This document shows, in pieces, positions 29,421 to 38,044 of a stretch of DNA of 57,501 nt; the stretch's first letter is position 1; each line of letters starts with the position of its first letter. Both the position numbers and the translations under genes were made by a program. The stretch comes from an uncultured Candidatus Saccharibacteria bacterium. Its GTDB lineage: Bacteria; Patescibacteriota; Saccharimonadia; Saccharimonadales; CAYZZS01. The DNA is taken from positions 1 to 57,501 of the forward strand of contig CAYZZS010000005.1 of the NCBI GenBank assembly GCA_964483035.1, written 5' to 3'. Below the pieces are notes generated by a model. That model was not told the origin of the DNA and did not search any database. It worked only from the letters and a program-made list of their open reading frames with translations.

Positions 29421-30001
29421 TTTTCGTTTTGCTCTTCTTCCAGCGCCCTGATTTTATCAGGTAATTCAATGATGTCCGGGCTGACTATGTAGAGCGCGCC
29501 CAATCGAATGTCTCTGAGATGTTCCTCTGTCATTTTATCCGGCTTGAGCTCATTGAGAGATATCGATAGGAATGTGTCAGTAATCTTCGCCTGCTCCGAC
29601 GGTTCTCTGTAATATAAAAGGTAATCGTCGATATTGCTAACTAGATGCCTGTATCCATCCTTGCTATCGTATAAGCGGATACCGATACTTTTTTCCGGAT
29701 TAAAGTCAGGATTCAGGCTTGATTCGAGGTCGTAAATCTCACGCAGTGCTTTCGCACGGTACGCGAAGCGTTCTGATGTATCCGGATCACCCTCCTTTGC
29801 TATAAGAGAATGAAAGCGAAATGTGTCAACAAGTGCCGGGATGGCCTTGTACTGGACAGGAACTCCTGTAATTTCTTCCTGTTCATGCTGTGGCTCAAGG
29901 CTGCTAAGCAGGCTATCAAGCATGTCATCACTAAGACCCTCGAATTGCTCGAAGGGGTTGTGATAAGGTGTATGCTCGTGATGACCGAATGATTCGCTCA
30001 T
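29417..30001 (-). CDS. hypothetical protein
   Basis: Start set at ATG 30001 (MSESFGHHEH..) because a TATAAT box lies 7 nt upstream on the - strand. Converges on and overlaps the mnmA stop by 4 nt. Confidence 0.5.
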   Translation of the reverse strand: MSESFGHHEHTPYHNPFEQFEGLSDDMLDSLLSSLEPQHEQEEITGVPVQYKAIPALVDTFRFHSLIAKEGDPDTSERFAYRAKALREIYDLESSLNPDFNPEKSIGIRLYDSKDGYRHLVSNIDDYLLYYREPSEQAKITDTFLSISLNELKPDKMTEEHLRDIRLGALYIVSPDIIELPDKIRALEEEQNEN

Positions 30002-30067
30002 AATGGCAATTATATCATAAAGCATAAGCAAAATCAATGCCAATATGGATTACTTCTGAAATTTACC

Positions 30068-30574
30068 CTATAGCATTGATGCCTGAGTGCTGATTGCGCC
30101 AATTCTACGATAAAATTTCTTCAGCCAGCGCGCTTCCAGCCAGCCGGATGGCAGCCATTTATCTTCGGGGGCTTCGAGGAGCCGGCGGTTGTCAGGCGTG
30201 ACTTCGTTGTAGTGGTGTTCTTTGCGGGCTTCCCGCTCCATGCGCTTATGGTCTTCGATTGCGATAAAGTAGTTTTTCATGCGCGCTTCCCATTCCGGTA
30301 CATCGATATCAAGCTTTGATCCGTGCGGTTTGAATTGTTTTTCGTGCCGCGAGAGGAATATTAGCTCTTTTGCATACTCCTCAGCACGCTTAACCCGTGC
30401 CTGAGTAAACGGGTCGTCTCCCAGGAGAGATAGGGAGTACGCTTCACAAAAGAGAGGCTTGGCTAGGCTGCGCTTCTCCTCAGGCATGAAATGCATGGGC
30501 TCCACGGCCATAGGGACTGACGTGCCAAAACGATTTGAAAAATTATCTGGAACAGGGCGAAGATATTCAGCCAT
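30068..30574 (-). CDS. hypothetical protein
   Basis: 168-aa ORF. TATAAT 6 nt upstream of its ATG on the - strand. No motif recognised. Confidence 0.5.
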   Translation of the reverse strand: MAEYLRPVPDNFSNRFGTSVPMAVEPMHFMPEEKRSLAKPLFCEAYSLSLLGDDPFTQARVKRAEEYAKELIFLSRHEKQFKPHGSKLDIDVPEWEARMKNYFIAIEDHKRMEREARKEHHYNEVTPDNRRLLEAPEDKWLPSGWLEARWLKKFYRRIGAISTQASML

Positions 30575-30764
30575 GTATTAATTATAACATAAACAAGTAT
30601 AATAAGCAATAGAGTTTTGTTTTGTCAGGGCCGTTTTTTAAGCAAGTCGGGTAGGGCTATGAAGCAGGGGCAGTAGGGAGTGTTGTCCCTGTATTTTAAA
30701 CTGCTTAAGCTTTGTACTTGGCGGTAAAGCAAAAAGCAGTTACAATGAAACAAATAAAAATAAT

Positions 30765-30810
30765 AGCGCCCGAATGCAGCTTAAGTGGGGCGGTTCGGGC
30801 GCTTTTATTT
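30765..30810 (+). terminator. strong hairpin with T-tracts on both sides (orphan or bidirectional terminator-like)
   Basis: AGCGCCCGAA / TTCGGGCGCT 10-bp stem, followed by TTTATTT on + and ATTATTTTTATTT on -. It is not at the 3' end of any annotated gene. Confidence 0.55.
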
Positions 30811-30830
30811 GGTGGCCCTTTTTACGGGAT

Positions 30831-30858
30831 TTGTCAATCAAGTTACCTCTGTTACAAT
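30831..30858 (+). promoter_or_regulatory. putative alaS promoter (TTGTCA-16-TACAAT), leaderless type
   Basis: The -10 box ends 7 nt before ATG 30866. No SD. Confidence 0.5.
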
Positions 30859-30865
30859 TAGTGAA

Positions 30866-32761
30866 ATGAACGCACAGGATATACGTAGGGCTTATTTGGA
30901 ATTTTTTAAAGAGCGCGGGCATGCGGTTATTCCGCGGTCGCTGTTAGTGCCGTATAACGATTCAACGACGCTGTTTACCGGTTCTGGCATGCAGCCGCTG
31001 ATTCCGTACCTGCTTGGTGAGCCACACGCTGAGGGTACGAGGCTGACTAATAGTCAAACCTGTCTGCGGGCGCAGGATATCGAAGAGGTAGGCGACAACC
31101 GGCATACGACGTTCTTTGAGATGCTGGGTAATTGGTCGCTTGGCGATTACTTTAAGGCTGAGCAGCTGCCCTGGTTCTTTGAATTCTTAGTGGACGAAGT
31201 AGGGCTGGATCCAAGCCGGTTGTACGTTACGTGTTTCTTGGGTGATGAGCAGTACGATATTCCAAAAGATACCGAAAGCGCAGAGATATGGAAAAAGTTG
31301 TTCAAGTCCAAAGGCGTTGACGCTAAGGAGGTAGAGATCGGCTCCGAGGAAGACGGCTACAAGAAGGGTATGCAAGGCGGCCGGATCTTCTACTATGATG
31401 CCGGCAAAAACTGGTGGTGCCGTGCCGGAGATATTGGCAGTATGCCGCCGGGAGAGCCGGGTGGTCCGGACAGCGAGGTCTTTTATGAGTTTGATTTTAT
31501 TGAGCACGACACCAAATGGGGCGAGCACTGCCATCCGAACTGTGACTGCGGCCGGTTTATGGAGATTGGTAACTCGGTGTTTATGGAGTATGTGCGCCGG
31601 GAGGACGGATTTGAAAAGCTGCCAAAGCAAAATGTGGACTTTGGTGGTGGATTGGAGCGTATTGCGGCGGCGTTATTGAACAGTCCGGATGTGTTCAAGG
31701 TAAGTGTCTTGCACCCGATTATAGAAAAGCTGGAGAGCTTGTCCGGCAAAAACTATGACAGCAGCACTGAAAGTATGCGCGTGATAGCCGATCATCTGCG
31801 GGCGGCAACGTTCCTGGCGGTTGATGGGGTCAAGCCGAGTAATAAGGAGCAGGGCTACGTCATGCGCCGGCTGGTGCGCCGGGCGATCAGGTTTGCGTTT
31901 GATTTAGGGATACAGCAGAACTTCCTACAAGAGGTGGTGCCGGTTATCGCGGATATGTACAACGAGGATTTCCCGGAAGTGGCCGAGAAGCGCCATGAGG
32001 TTATCGAGGTGCTGGTACGGGAAGAAAAGGCCTTCCGCCAGACTTTGCGCAAGGGTCTGCATCAGTTCTCTAAGCTGACCGAGGATGGCTTGACGGGCAA
32101 GGAAGTATTTATGCTCTATGATACGTACGGATTCCCTGTGGAATTAAGTATTGAAGAAGCGTATAAGCAGGAAATCACCGTCTCTGACAATTGGCGCCTG
32201 GAATTCGAGGCGCTCATGGATGAGCAGCGCAAGCGTTCCCAGACTGCCGCCAAGGGTACGTTCAAAGGTGGCTTGGGTGGCCAGACACTGCAGCACAAAA
32301 AGTACCATACCGCGACACACCTGATGTACCAGGCACTTCGAGATGTGCTGGGCGATCATGTCATTCAGCGTGGCAGTAATATCACTGAGGAGCGGCTGCG
32401 ATTCGACTTCTCTCATCCCGAAAAGGTGACACGCGAACAGCTGGATGAGGTGGAGCGGATCGTGAACGAGCAGATTGCCAAGGATTTACAGGTTACGTGG
32501 GCGGAGTATCCGACCGAAGAGGCGACTGGTTCGCTCGGAGCGCTCGGTCAGTTTGGTGACCGCTACGGTGATACGGTAAAGGTCTACTCCATGAAGGATC
32601 CGAAGTCGCCGCCAGATGAGCGGCCGTTCAGCTTTGAGATTTGTGGCGGTCCGCACGTCGAGCACACCCTGCAGTTATTCGAAGGTGGCAAACGTTTCAA
32701 AATCACCAAAGAAGAAGCCTCGTCCGCCGGTATCCGCCGCATCAAAGCAGTTCTCCAATAG
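30866..32761 (+). CDS. alaS: alanyl-tRNA synthetase, compact form lacking the C-terminal C-Ala/DHHA1 domain
   Basis: Start at MNAQDIRRAYLEFFKERGH. Class II motifs (FTGSGMQP, HTTFFEMLGNWS), editing-domain HxxxH (HTATHLM) and CGGPHV. 631 aa. Confidence 0.93.
   Translation: MNAQDIRRAYLEFFKERGHAVIPRSLLVPYNDSTTLFTGSGMQPLIPYLLGEPHAEGTRLTNSQTCLRAQDIEEVGDNRHTTFFEMLGNWSLGDYFKAEQLPWFFEFLVDEVGLDPSRLYVTCFLGDEQYDIPKDTESAEIWKKLFKSKGVDAKEVEIGSEEDGYKKGMQGGRIFYYDAGKNWWCRAGDIGSMPPGEPGGPDSEVFYEFDFIEHDTKWGEHCHPNCDCGRFMEIGNSVFMEYVRREDGFEKLPKQNVDFGGGLERIAAALLNSPDVFKVSVLHPIIEKLESLSGKNYDSSTESMRVIADHLRAATFLAVDGVKPSNKEQGYVMRRLVRRAIRFAFDLGIQQNFLQEVVPVIADMYNEDFPEVAEKRHEVIEVLVREEKAFRQTLRKGLHQFSKLTEDGLTGKEVFMLYDTYGFPVELSIEEAYKQEITVSDNWRLEFEALMDEQRKRSQTAAKGTFKGGLGGQTLQHKKYHTATHLMYQALRDVLGDHVIQRGSNITEERLRFDFSHPEKVTREQLDEVERIVNEQIAKDLQVTWAEYPTEEATGSLGALGQFGDRYGDTVKVYSMKDPKSPPDERPFSFEICGGPHVEHTLQLFEGGKRFKITKEEASSAGIRRIKAVLQ
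32714..32749 (+). repeat. 36-bp direct repeat, copy 1 (last codons of alaS)
   Basis: GAAGCCTCGTCCGCCGGTATCCGCCGCATCAAAGCA, identical to 32862-32897. Confidence 0.95.
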
Positions 32762-32772
32762 TGCAATGCATC

Positions 32773-32842
32773 GGGAAGAGCAGCCCAAGCTCGGATTTAT
32801 TCCGAGCCTGGCGCGATGAGAAACCCCGAAGGGGTGTCTCAT
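32773..32842 (-). repeat. structured hairpin element, copy 1 (inverted relative to copy 2)
   Basis: The reverse complement reads ATGAGACACCCC-TTC-GGGGTTTCTCAT-CG-[hairpin]-CTGCTCTTCCC, the same architecture as 39188-39276. Confidence 0.6.
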
Positions 32843-32861
32843 AAGGCGCAGCCGAAAATAT

Positions 32862-32897
32862 GAAGCCTCGTCCGCCGGTATCCGCCGCATCAAAGCA
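32862..32897 (+). repeat. 36-bp direct repeat, copy 2 (orphan alaS 3' end, in-frame through TAG 32907-32909)
   Basis: Would encode EASSAGIRRIKAILE-stop, compared with EASSAGIRRIKAVLQ-stop in alaS. Confidence 0.95.
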
Positions 32898-33032
32898 ATC
32901 CTTGAATAGTGTATTTAAGCAGGCCTAATAGAAGTATTTTGTAAGATTTTTACGGATTGATGCTTCTTAGTAATTTTGTTACTATCACCCCTGTAGAGTG
33001 CTATAAATCCTAACCTATAAAAAGGTCTTATC

Positions 33033-33353
33033 ATGAATAAAAATGGTGGCCGGCCAGAGCGGCCGGAGTGGCAGAACGTGCCCGTAAAAGGGCTTGACGG
33101 TAAATATTATCGCAACGGCGAGCCGATAGAAACCGAGCAGGCATTACGCTGGATTAAGGAGCGGGAGTCTAAAGGCAGGCAAGCGGAACGAGTGGCGGAG
33201 CTCGGCAGAGTGGTGTTGACGGAACGACTGAACGGTCATGAGTTGGAATTGCCAATTGAAGCTCCGCCGAGGTACATCAGCGTAGAGTTCACACAGTTTG
33301 GGGCTGTCGCGGCCGAGGTTATCGAGGTCGTACCGCTGGATGAGACGCTGTAA
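33033..33353 (+). CDS. hypothetical protein
   Basis: 106-aa ORF. No motif recognised. Confidence 0.45.
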   Translation: MNKNGGRPERPEWQNVPVKGLDGKYYRNGEPIETEQALRWIKERESKGRQAERVAELGRVVLTERLNGHELELPIEAPPRYISVEFTQFGAVAAEVIEVVPLDETL

Positions 33354-33398
33354 TCCGCCGTATGCCAGCACGAGGCGCGTGCTATAATCAATACGATT

Positions 33399-34700
33399 AT
33401 GCTAGATAAGATTAAGGCTCTTCAGAAGTCCGTCGCCGAAAAGGCGGGGCGTCGGCCAGCAGAACCGAAGTCACAGCACATTGTTGCTCTGGACATCGGG
33501 ACGGTGTATGTGAAGGCTTTGATTGCCCGGGTAAATGACGACAAGCTGGAAGTCGTGGGTATGGGTCGTGTTCGTCAGGATGTAAGTGATATGCAGGCGG
33601 GGGCGATTGCCGATATTGCCGCAGTCGTAAGCAACTGCGATAAGGCGCTGCACGAAGCTGAGCAGCAGGCTGGCGTGACCGCCAAATCCGCGGTCATTGG
33701 CATTGCCGGAGAGTTAGTCAAGGGGACCACTACAACAGTCCGTATAACCCGGAAAGCTCCGGATAAGCCACTGGATATCGAAGAAATCGAGCGGATCATA
33801 CATTTGGTTCAGAAACGTTCAGAAGAAAAGGCCAAAAAACAGCTGACCTGGGAGATGGGCGGCAAGGAGGTCGAAATCCGGCTGGTTAACAGTGCGTTGG
33901 TGAATATAGATATCGACGGTTATAAGGTAACTAATCCTATCGGTTTCCAGGGCAAGGATGTGGTGGTGCAGCTGTATACGGCCTTTGCGCCTATGATTCA
34001 TATCGGCGCGCTGGAGCGGACTGCCCAAGAGCTGGATCTTGATCTGCTGGCGGTGGCGGCTGAGCCGTTTGCCGTGGCTCGCTCCGTTATAGGCGACGAT
34101 GCCAACACGACACTCAGCGCAGTTATTCTGGATGTCGGCGGCGGCACGACAGATATCGCGGTCTTGGATGAGGGCGGTGTGCAGGGGACGAAGATGTTTG
34201 GAATCGGCGGTCGGGCTTATACGCGGTCGATTGAGCGGGAGTTAGGGATCAGCTACAAGAATGCAGAGGAGCTTAAGGTTGCTCTGTCTGATAATCGCGT
34301 GGCACCAGCGAAGCGGCCGGTTCTGGAGGGAGCACTGCAGAAAACACTGGATGTATGGGCAAGTGGTATCGAGCTAGCGCTCAGCGAATTTACGAATCTT
34401 GATCATTTACCTAACAAGATACTGCTGTGTGGCGGTGGTGCCTCGTTGGATATGCTTGTAGCTCGTCTCGGTGAGTCGGACTGGTATTCCAAGCTGCCGT
34501 TTTCCAAGAAGCCGATCGTGCAGCACATCAATCCGAAGCAGGTCGTCGGAATTGTCGATAAAAGCGGTCAGGTGGCCGATCACACCTTCATTACGGCTAT
34601 GGGTCTATTGAGGGTTGGGCTTGATACGTTGCAGCAATCCGATGATTTGGGTGCAAGTGGCTCAATTCGTGAAAGAATTGATAAAATACTGAGAGTATGA
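33399..34700 (+). CDS. ftsA: FtsA-like actin-fold ATPase
   Basis: ALDIGTVYVKA, IGIAGE, LDVGGGTTDIAVL and LLCGGGASL phosphate/adenosine motifs. C-terminal amphipathic helix (IRERIDKILRV). Confidence 0.75.
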   Translation: MLDKIKALQKSVAEKAGRRPAEPKSQHIVALDIGTVYVKALIARVNDDKLEVVGMGRVRQDVSDMQAGAIADIAAVVSNCDKALHEAEQQAGVTAKSAVIGIAGELVKGTTTTVRITRKAPDKPLDIEEIERIIHLVQKRSEEKAKKQLTWEMGGKEVEIRLVNSALVNIDIDGYKVTNPIGFQGKDVVVQLYTAFAPMIHIGALERTAQELDLDLLAVAAEPFAVARSVIGDDANTTLSAVILDVGGGTTDIAVLDEGGVQGTKMFGIGGRAYTRSIERELGISYKNAEELKVALSDNRVAPAKRPVLEGALQKTLDVWASGIELALSEFTNLDHLPNKILLCGGGASLDMLVARLGESDWYSKLPFSKKPIVQHINPKQVVGIVDKSGQVADHTFITAMGLLRVGLDTLQQSDDLGASGSIRERIDKILRV

Positions 34701-36388
34701 GCAGTTCACAAAAAGAAATTATCTATATTGATATTGATGATGAGATTACCTCTATCATTGATAAGGTTCGCAGTAGCAAGGGCAGGATAGCGGCGCTGGT
34801 GCTGCCAAAGCGGGCTACTGTACTGCACAGTATCGTGAATATGAAGCTGCTCAAGCGCACCGCGGAAGAGGCAAAGAAGCACGTAGTACTGATTACTTCG
34901 GAATCGGCACTAATGCCGATAGCCGGAGCCGTTGGCATGTATGTGGCTAAAACGCCGCAATCAAAACCAGCTGTTCCGCCACCTCCGGCAACGAGTGCAC
35001 AGGTCGGCGAGGAAGAGGAAGCGGTTGTCGATATGGCGAAAGAGGATGCTGAGCTGGATGCCACCAAGAGTGTCGGTGAGCTGGCCGGTTTGCCGCCGGA
35101 AGATGAGGCGATAGAGATAGATAATACTGCGAGCTCCAAAAAAACCACCGAGTCAAAGACTTCTAAAAAGGTAAAGAAGAACAAGAAGCTCAAGATTCCG
35201 AATTTTGACACCTTCCGCAAGCGGCTGCTGCTTGGTGGGTTGGTGCTGATACTCTTGATTGCTGGCTGGTATATGGCATTTAAGGTCATGCCAAGGGCAA
35301 CGGTGACTATTAAGTCCGACATGGATACGGTGGTCAGTACGCTGACCGCATCAATTAGTGCTTCAGCCCAGGAGCTTGATAAAGAGGCGCTCATCATTCC
35401 GGCGCAAATCAAAGAGCTGAAGAAGGAAGGCGTACAAAAAGTAACTGCCACTGGTGAGCGTGATGACGGAACTAAAGCTAAAGGTAAGGTTACGCTGAGG
35501 CTGACCAATTGCTCGGAAGAGGAAGTCAGGATACCGGCCGGTACGACAGTGAGCAGCGGGGGAAATAACTACATTACCCAAAAGGCGGCAGTCATGGAAA
35601 GCGCGAAAATAGGCAGTAGCTGTAGGAACGGTGATTTTCCGAACGTCTCCACGAAAACCGTCGATGTTATTGCGGCTGAGAATGGTGATAAATATAACCT
35701 CGAGAGCGGTAAGACTTTCTCGGTCTCTGGCTTTAGCAACGTGAACGGAACGAACAGTGAGATTAGCGGCGGAACCAGTAAAATCGTCAAAGTAGTCAGC
35801 CAGGACGACGTCAGTCGGGCGCTGGATCAGCTGAATAACTCTGCGCCGCGAGAATCAGTAGCCGAGGAGTTGGTCGCAGAACTTGAGAGGGAGGGCTTGT
35901 ACGGATTGGTTGATACGCTCGAGAGTGCTGAGCCGCAGATAGCAACGGAGCCGGCAGTAGGTAAAGAGGCGAGCGAGGTGACGGTAACGTCCGTAGTTGT
36001 GCATAAAATGGTGGGTGTCAAAATCGAGCACCTCAAAGAGCTGATTGAAACAGATGTCCACAGCAAGATTGACACCTCTAAGCAAGTCATATTGGATGAC
36101 GGCTTAGACGAAGCAATCATACGGATTTTTGATAAGAAGTCGACCGGTGAGTTCACACTCTCTATGCAGGTGGCTGCTACAGCCGGACCGGAAATTGATC
36201 CGGAGGAGGTCAAGACGGAAATTGCCGGTCGGAAGCGTGCTGAGTCGCAGCGGTTGATTGAACAACGTCCCGGAATCGGGGAGGTGGAGGTGCACTACAG
36301 TCCATTCTGGGTGTATTCCACGCCGAGTGACGTAGGTAAGATAAACGTAGTGTTTGAAGACGACAATCAAGCGAATGCAGGCGAATAA
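34697..36388 (+). CDS. hypothetical bitopic membrane protein coupled to the ftsA-like gene
   Basis: ATGA overlap with the ftsA-like gene. Cytoplasmic N-domain, acidic and Lys-rich linker, TM helix (LLLGGLVLILLIAGWYMAF), extracytoplasmic region of about 350 aa. Confidence 0.65.
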   Translation: MSSSQKEIIYIDIDDEITSIIDKVRSSKGRIAALVLPKRATVLHSIVNMKLLKRTAEEAKKHVVLITSESALMPIAGAVGMYVAKTPQSKPAVPPPPATSAQVGEEEEAVVDMAKEDAELDATKSVGELAGLPPEDEAIEIDNTASSKKTTESKTSKKVKKNKKLKIPNFDTFRKRLLLGGLVLILLIAGWYMAFKVMPRATVTIKSDMDTVVSTLTASISASAQELDKEALIIPAQIKELKKEGVQKVTATGERDDGTKAKGKVTLRLTNCSEEEVRIPAGTTVSSGGNNYITQKAAVMESAKIGSSCRNGDFPNVSTKTVDVIAAENGDKYNLESGKTFSVSGFSNVNGTNSEISGGTSKIVKVVSQDDVSRALDQLNNSAPRESVAEELVAELEREGLYGLVDTLESAEPQIATEPAVGKEASEVTVTSVVVHKMVGVKIEHLKELIETDVHSKIDTSKQVILDDGLDEAIIRIFDKKSTGEFTLSMQVAATAGPEIDPEEVKTEIAGRKRAESQRLIEQRPGIGEVEVHYSPFWVYSTPSDVGKINVVFEDDNQANAGE

Positions 36389-36797
36389 AAATGTGCTGGC
36401 GCTAGATATTGGCGGGCGGCGCATTGGCGTAGCAATCGCTCGGGCGCCAGTGTATATTGCTACACCGCTGATAACGCTGGAGGTCACCGAACGGATACAT
36501 GATGAGATTGCGCAGTTGGCAACTCAGGAGGATGCTGGTTTGGTCGTGATTGGATTACCGCGCGGTCTGGAGGGCCAGGATACGCCGCAGACAACCGCCA
36601 CGCGCAAATTTGCAAGCCAGTTGGAGCCAAGGCTGACGGTACCGATGGTTTATCAGGATGAGGCGGCCACATCGCTAAAGGCAGAGCAGACTCTAGAAGA
36701 GATTGGAAAAGGGTATGTCAGGGGGCAGATTGACAGCCTGGCGGCCACGTATATACTCGAGGATTATATTGCGACAAACAGGGAGAAGCTGGTATGA
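36375..36797 (+). CDS. ruvX: YqgF/RuvX-like putative pre-16S rRNA nuclease / Holliday junction resolvase
   Basis: LALDIGGRRIGVA start motif, GLPRGLEGQDT, DEAATS. Start moved to ATG 36375. Confidence 0.85.
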   Translation: MQANKNVLALDIGGRRIGVAIARAPVYIATPLITLEVTERIHDEIAQLATQEDAGLVVIGLPRGLEGQDTPQTTATRKFASQLEPRLTVPMVYQDEAATSLKAEQTLEEIGKGYVRGQIDSLAATYILEDYIATNREKLV

Positions 36798-37843
36798 GCG
36801 CTTATTCGATGCAGGCACCAAAACGACGCTGGCCGAAGCTGCTATTGATTTTGGTACTGATAATCGGTCTGCTGCTCGGCGGTGCGGCAGTCGGTGCATA
36901 CCGCTTCTATCAAGAAAACCTAAAGCCAGTGAGTGCTAGCCAAAAGCAGATCGTGGTGACGATACCACTCGGCGCGTCATTAAGTGAAATATCTGATCTG
37001 CTTGCCGATGCCGGTGTGATTAGAAGTGACTGGGCATTTGAGCGATATGTTCGTAATGCCGGGCTAGAGAATGAGCTACAGGCCGGGACGTACTCCTTGC
37101 TTCCAAGCCAAAGTGTTCAGGAGATTGTCGTAATCATTACCAGGGGTGAAATTATGAAAGATTTGGTGACGATACTGCCGGGGCAGCGTATCGATCAGAT
37201 ACGGCAGGCGCTTATCAACCATGGGTTTGATGAACCAGAGGTAGACGCAGCTCTGGATCCGTCGAACTACGAAGACCATCCGGCACTTGTCGAAAAGCCT
37301 GAAGGTGTCGGCTTGGAAGGCTACCTGTATCCGGAATCTTTCCAGATGACTGCTGAGACGACAGCAGAAAGTATCATCCGCAGCTCGCTTGATGAGATGC
37401 AGAACCGTCTGACACCTGATGTCCGTAATAGTATTGTGGCGCAGGGGTTGACAGTGTACCAGGGTATTATTCTGGCTTCTATTCTGGAGCAGGAGGTTAT
37501 TGATCCCGAGGAAAAGCGGCAGGCGAGTCAGGTCTTTCTGTCACGGCTGCAGATTGGTATGAAGCTGGAGTCTGACGCCACTGCACCGTACGGTGCGATT
37601 CTGGCAGGTGAGGAGCCATCCCTGACATACGACTCACGGTACAATACCTACCTGCATGAAGGCTTACCGCCCACTCCAATCAGTAATATTAGTGAAGCTT
37701 CGCTTCAAGCTGTGGCAAATCCGGCTGGCACGGATTGGCTGTATTTCGTGTCGGGTGATGATGGCGTAACGCATTTTTCGAAAACTCTCGAAGAGCATGA
37801 GGCACTAACCAGGCAGTACTGCACCAAGCTGTGCGGCAACTGA
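36794..37843 (+). CDS. mltG: endolytic murein transglycosylase MltG (YceG-like)
   Basis: N-terminal TM helix, LysM-like fold, ASILEQE catalytic region, YNTYLHEGLPPTPISN. Confidence 0.88.
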   Translation: MSAYSMQAPKRRWPKLLLILVLIIGLLLGGAAVGAYRFYQENLKPVSASQKQIVVTIPLGASLSEISDLLADAGVIRSDWAFERYVRNAGLENELQAGTYSLLPSQSVQEIVVIITRGEIMKDLVTILPGQRIDQIRQALINHGFDEPEVDAALDPSNYEDHPALVEKPEGVGLEGYLYPESFQMTAETTAESIIRSSLDEMQNRLTPDVRNSIVAQGLTVYQGIILASILEQEVIDPEEKRQASQVFLSRLQIGMKLESDATAPYGAILAGEEPSLTYDSRYNTYLHEGLPPTPISNISEASLQAVANPAGTDWLYFVSGDDGVTHFSKTLEEHEALTRQYCTKLCGN

Positions 37844-38044
37844 TCATCAGGTGATTTCTGTCTCTCGTGCCAGTAGTAATATTGACTAATTATGCACAGC
37901 TAACAGGGGTAGCTTAATTGCATAGCTTGCATAGCTTTGCTATTATTGTGCTTGCACCAGGCTTTTTGGAGCAGTTGGTGCGTTCTGCCTGAAACATTAT
38001 GTAAGACGCAGATTCGATAAGTAATAAAAGCAGGCAGGATATGC

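Noticed and set aside
30745-30861. 38-aa ORF (MKQIKIIAPECSLSGAVRALLFGGPFYGICQSSYLCYN) spanning the orphan terminator.
   Set aside because: It runs through a strong hairpin and a promoter, and has no SD and no recognisable features. It is probably fortuitous.
30600-30865. A T-box riboswitch upstream of alaS, with GTGGGGCGGTTCGGGCGC as a possible T-box or antiterminator.
   Set aside because: There is no convincing Stem I/specifier architecture. The UGGG bulge would not match the A73 discriminator of tRNA-Ala. A good leaderless promoter for alaS lies downstream of the hairpin.
32773-32842. A hammerhead-like core (GAUGAG..GAAAC) and an SRP-RNA-like string (GGGAAGAGCAGCCCAAGC versus GGAAGGAAGCAGCCAAGGC) in the hairpin element.
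   Set aside because: There is no stem II between the hammerhead boxes. The 5' strand of SRP helix 8 is missing. The element is present twice in opposite orientations, which is inconsistent with a single-copy essential RNA.
37844-38044. The 200-bp region upstream of the LysM-CHAP gene, with a tandem GCATAGCTT repeat and a 6-bp hairpin, considered as a second regulatory leader related to the one at 51.1 kb.
   Set aside because: No sequence or structural similarity to the 51-kb leader was seen, and there is no terminator-like structure. The start codon of the CDS is itself uncertain.
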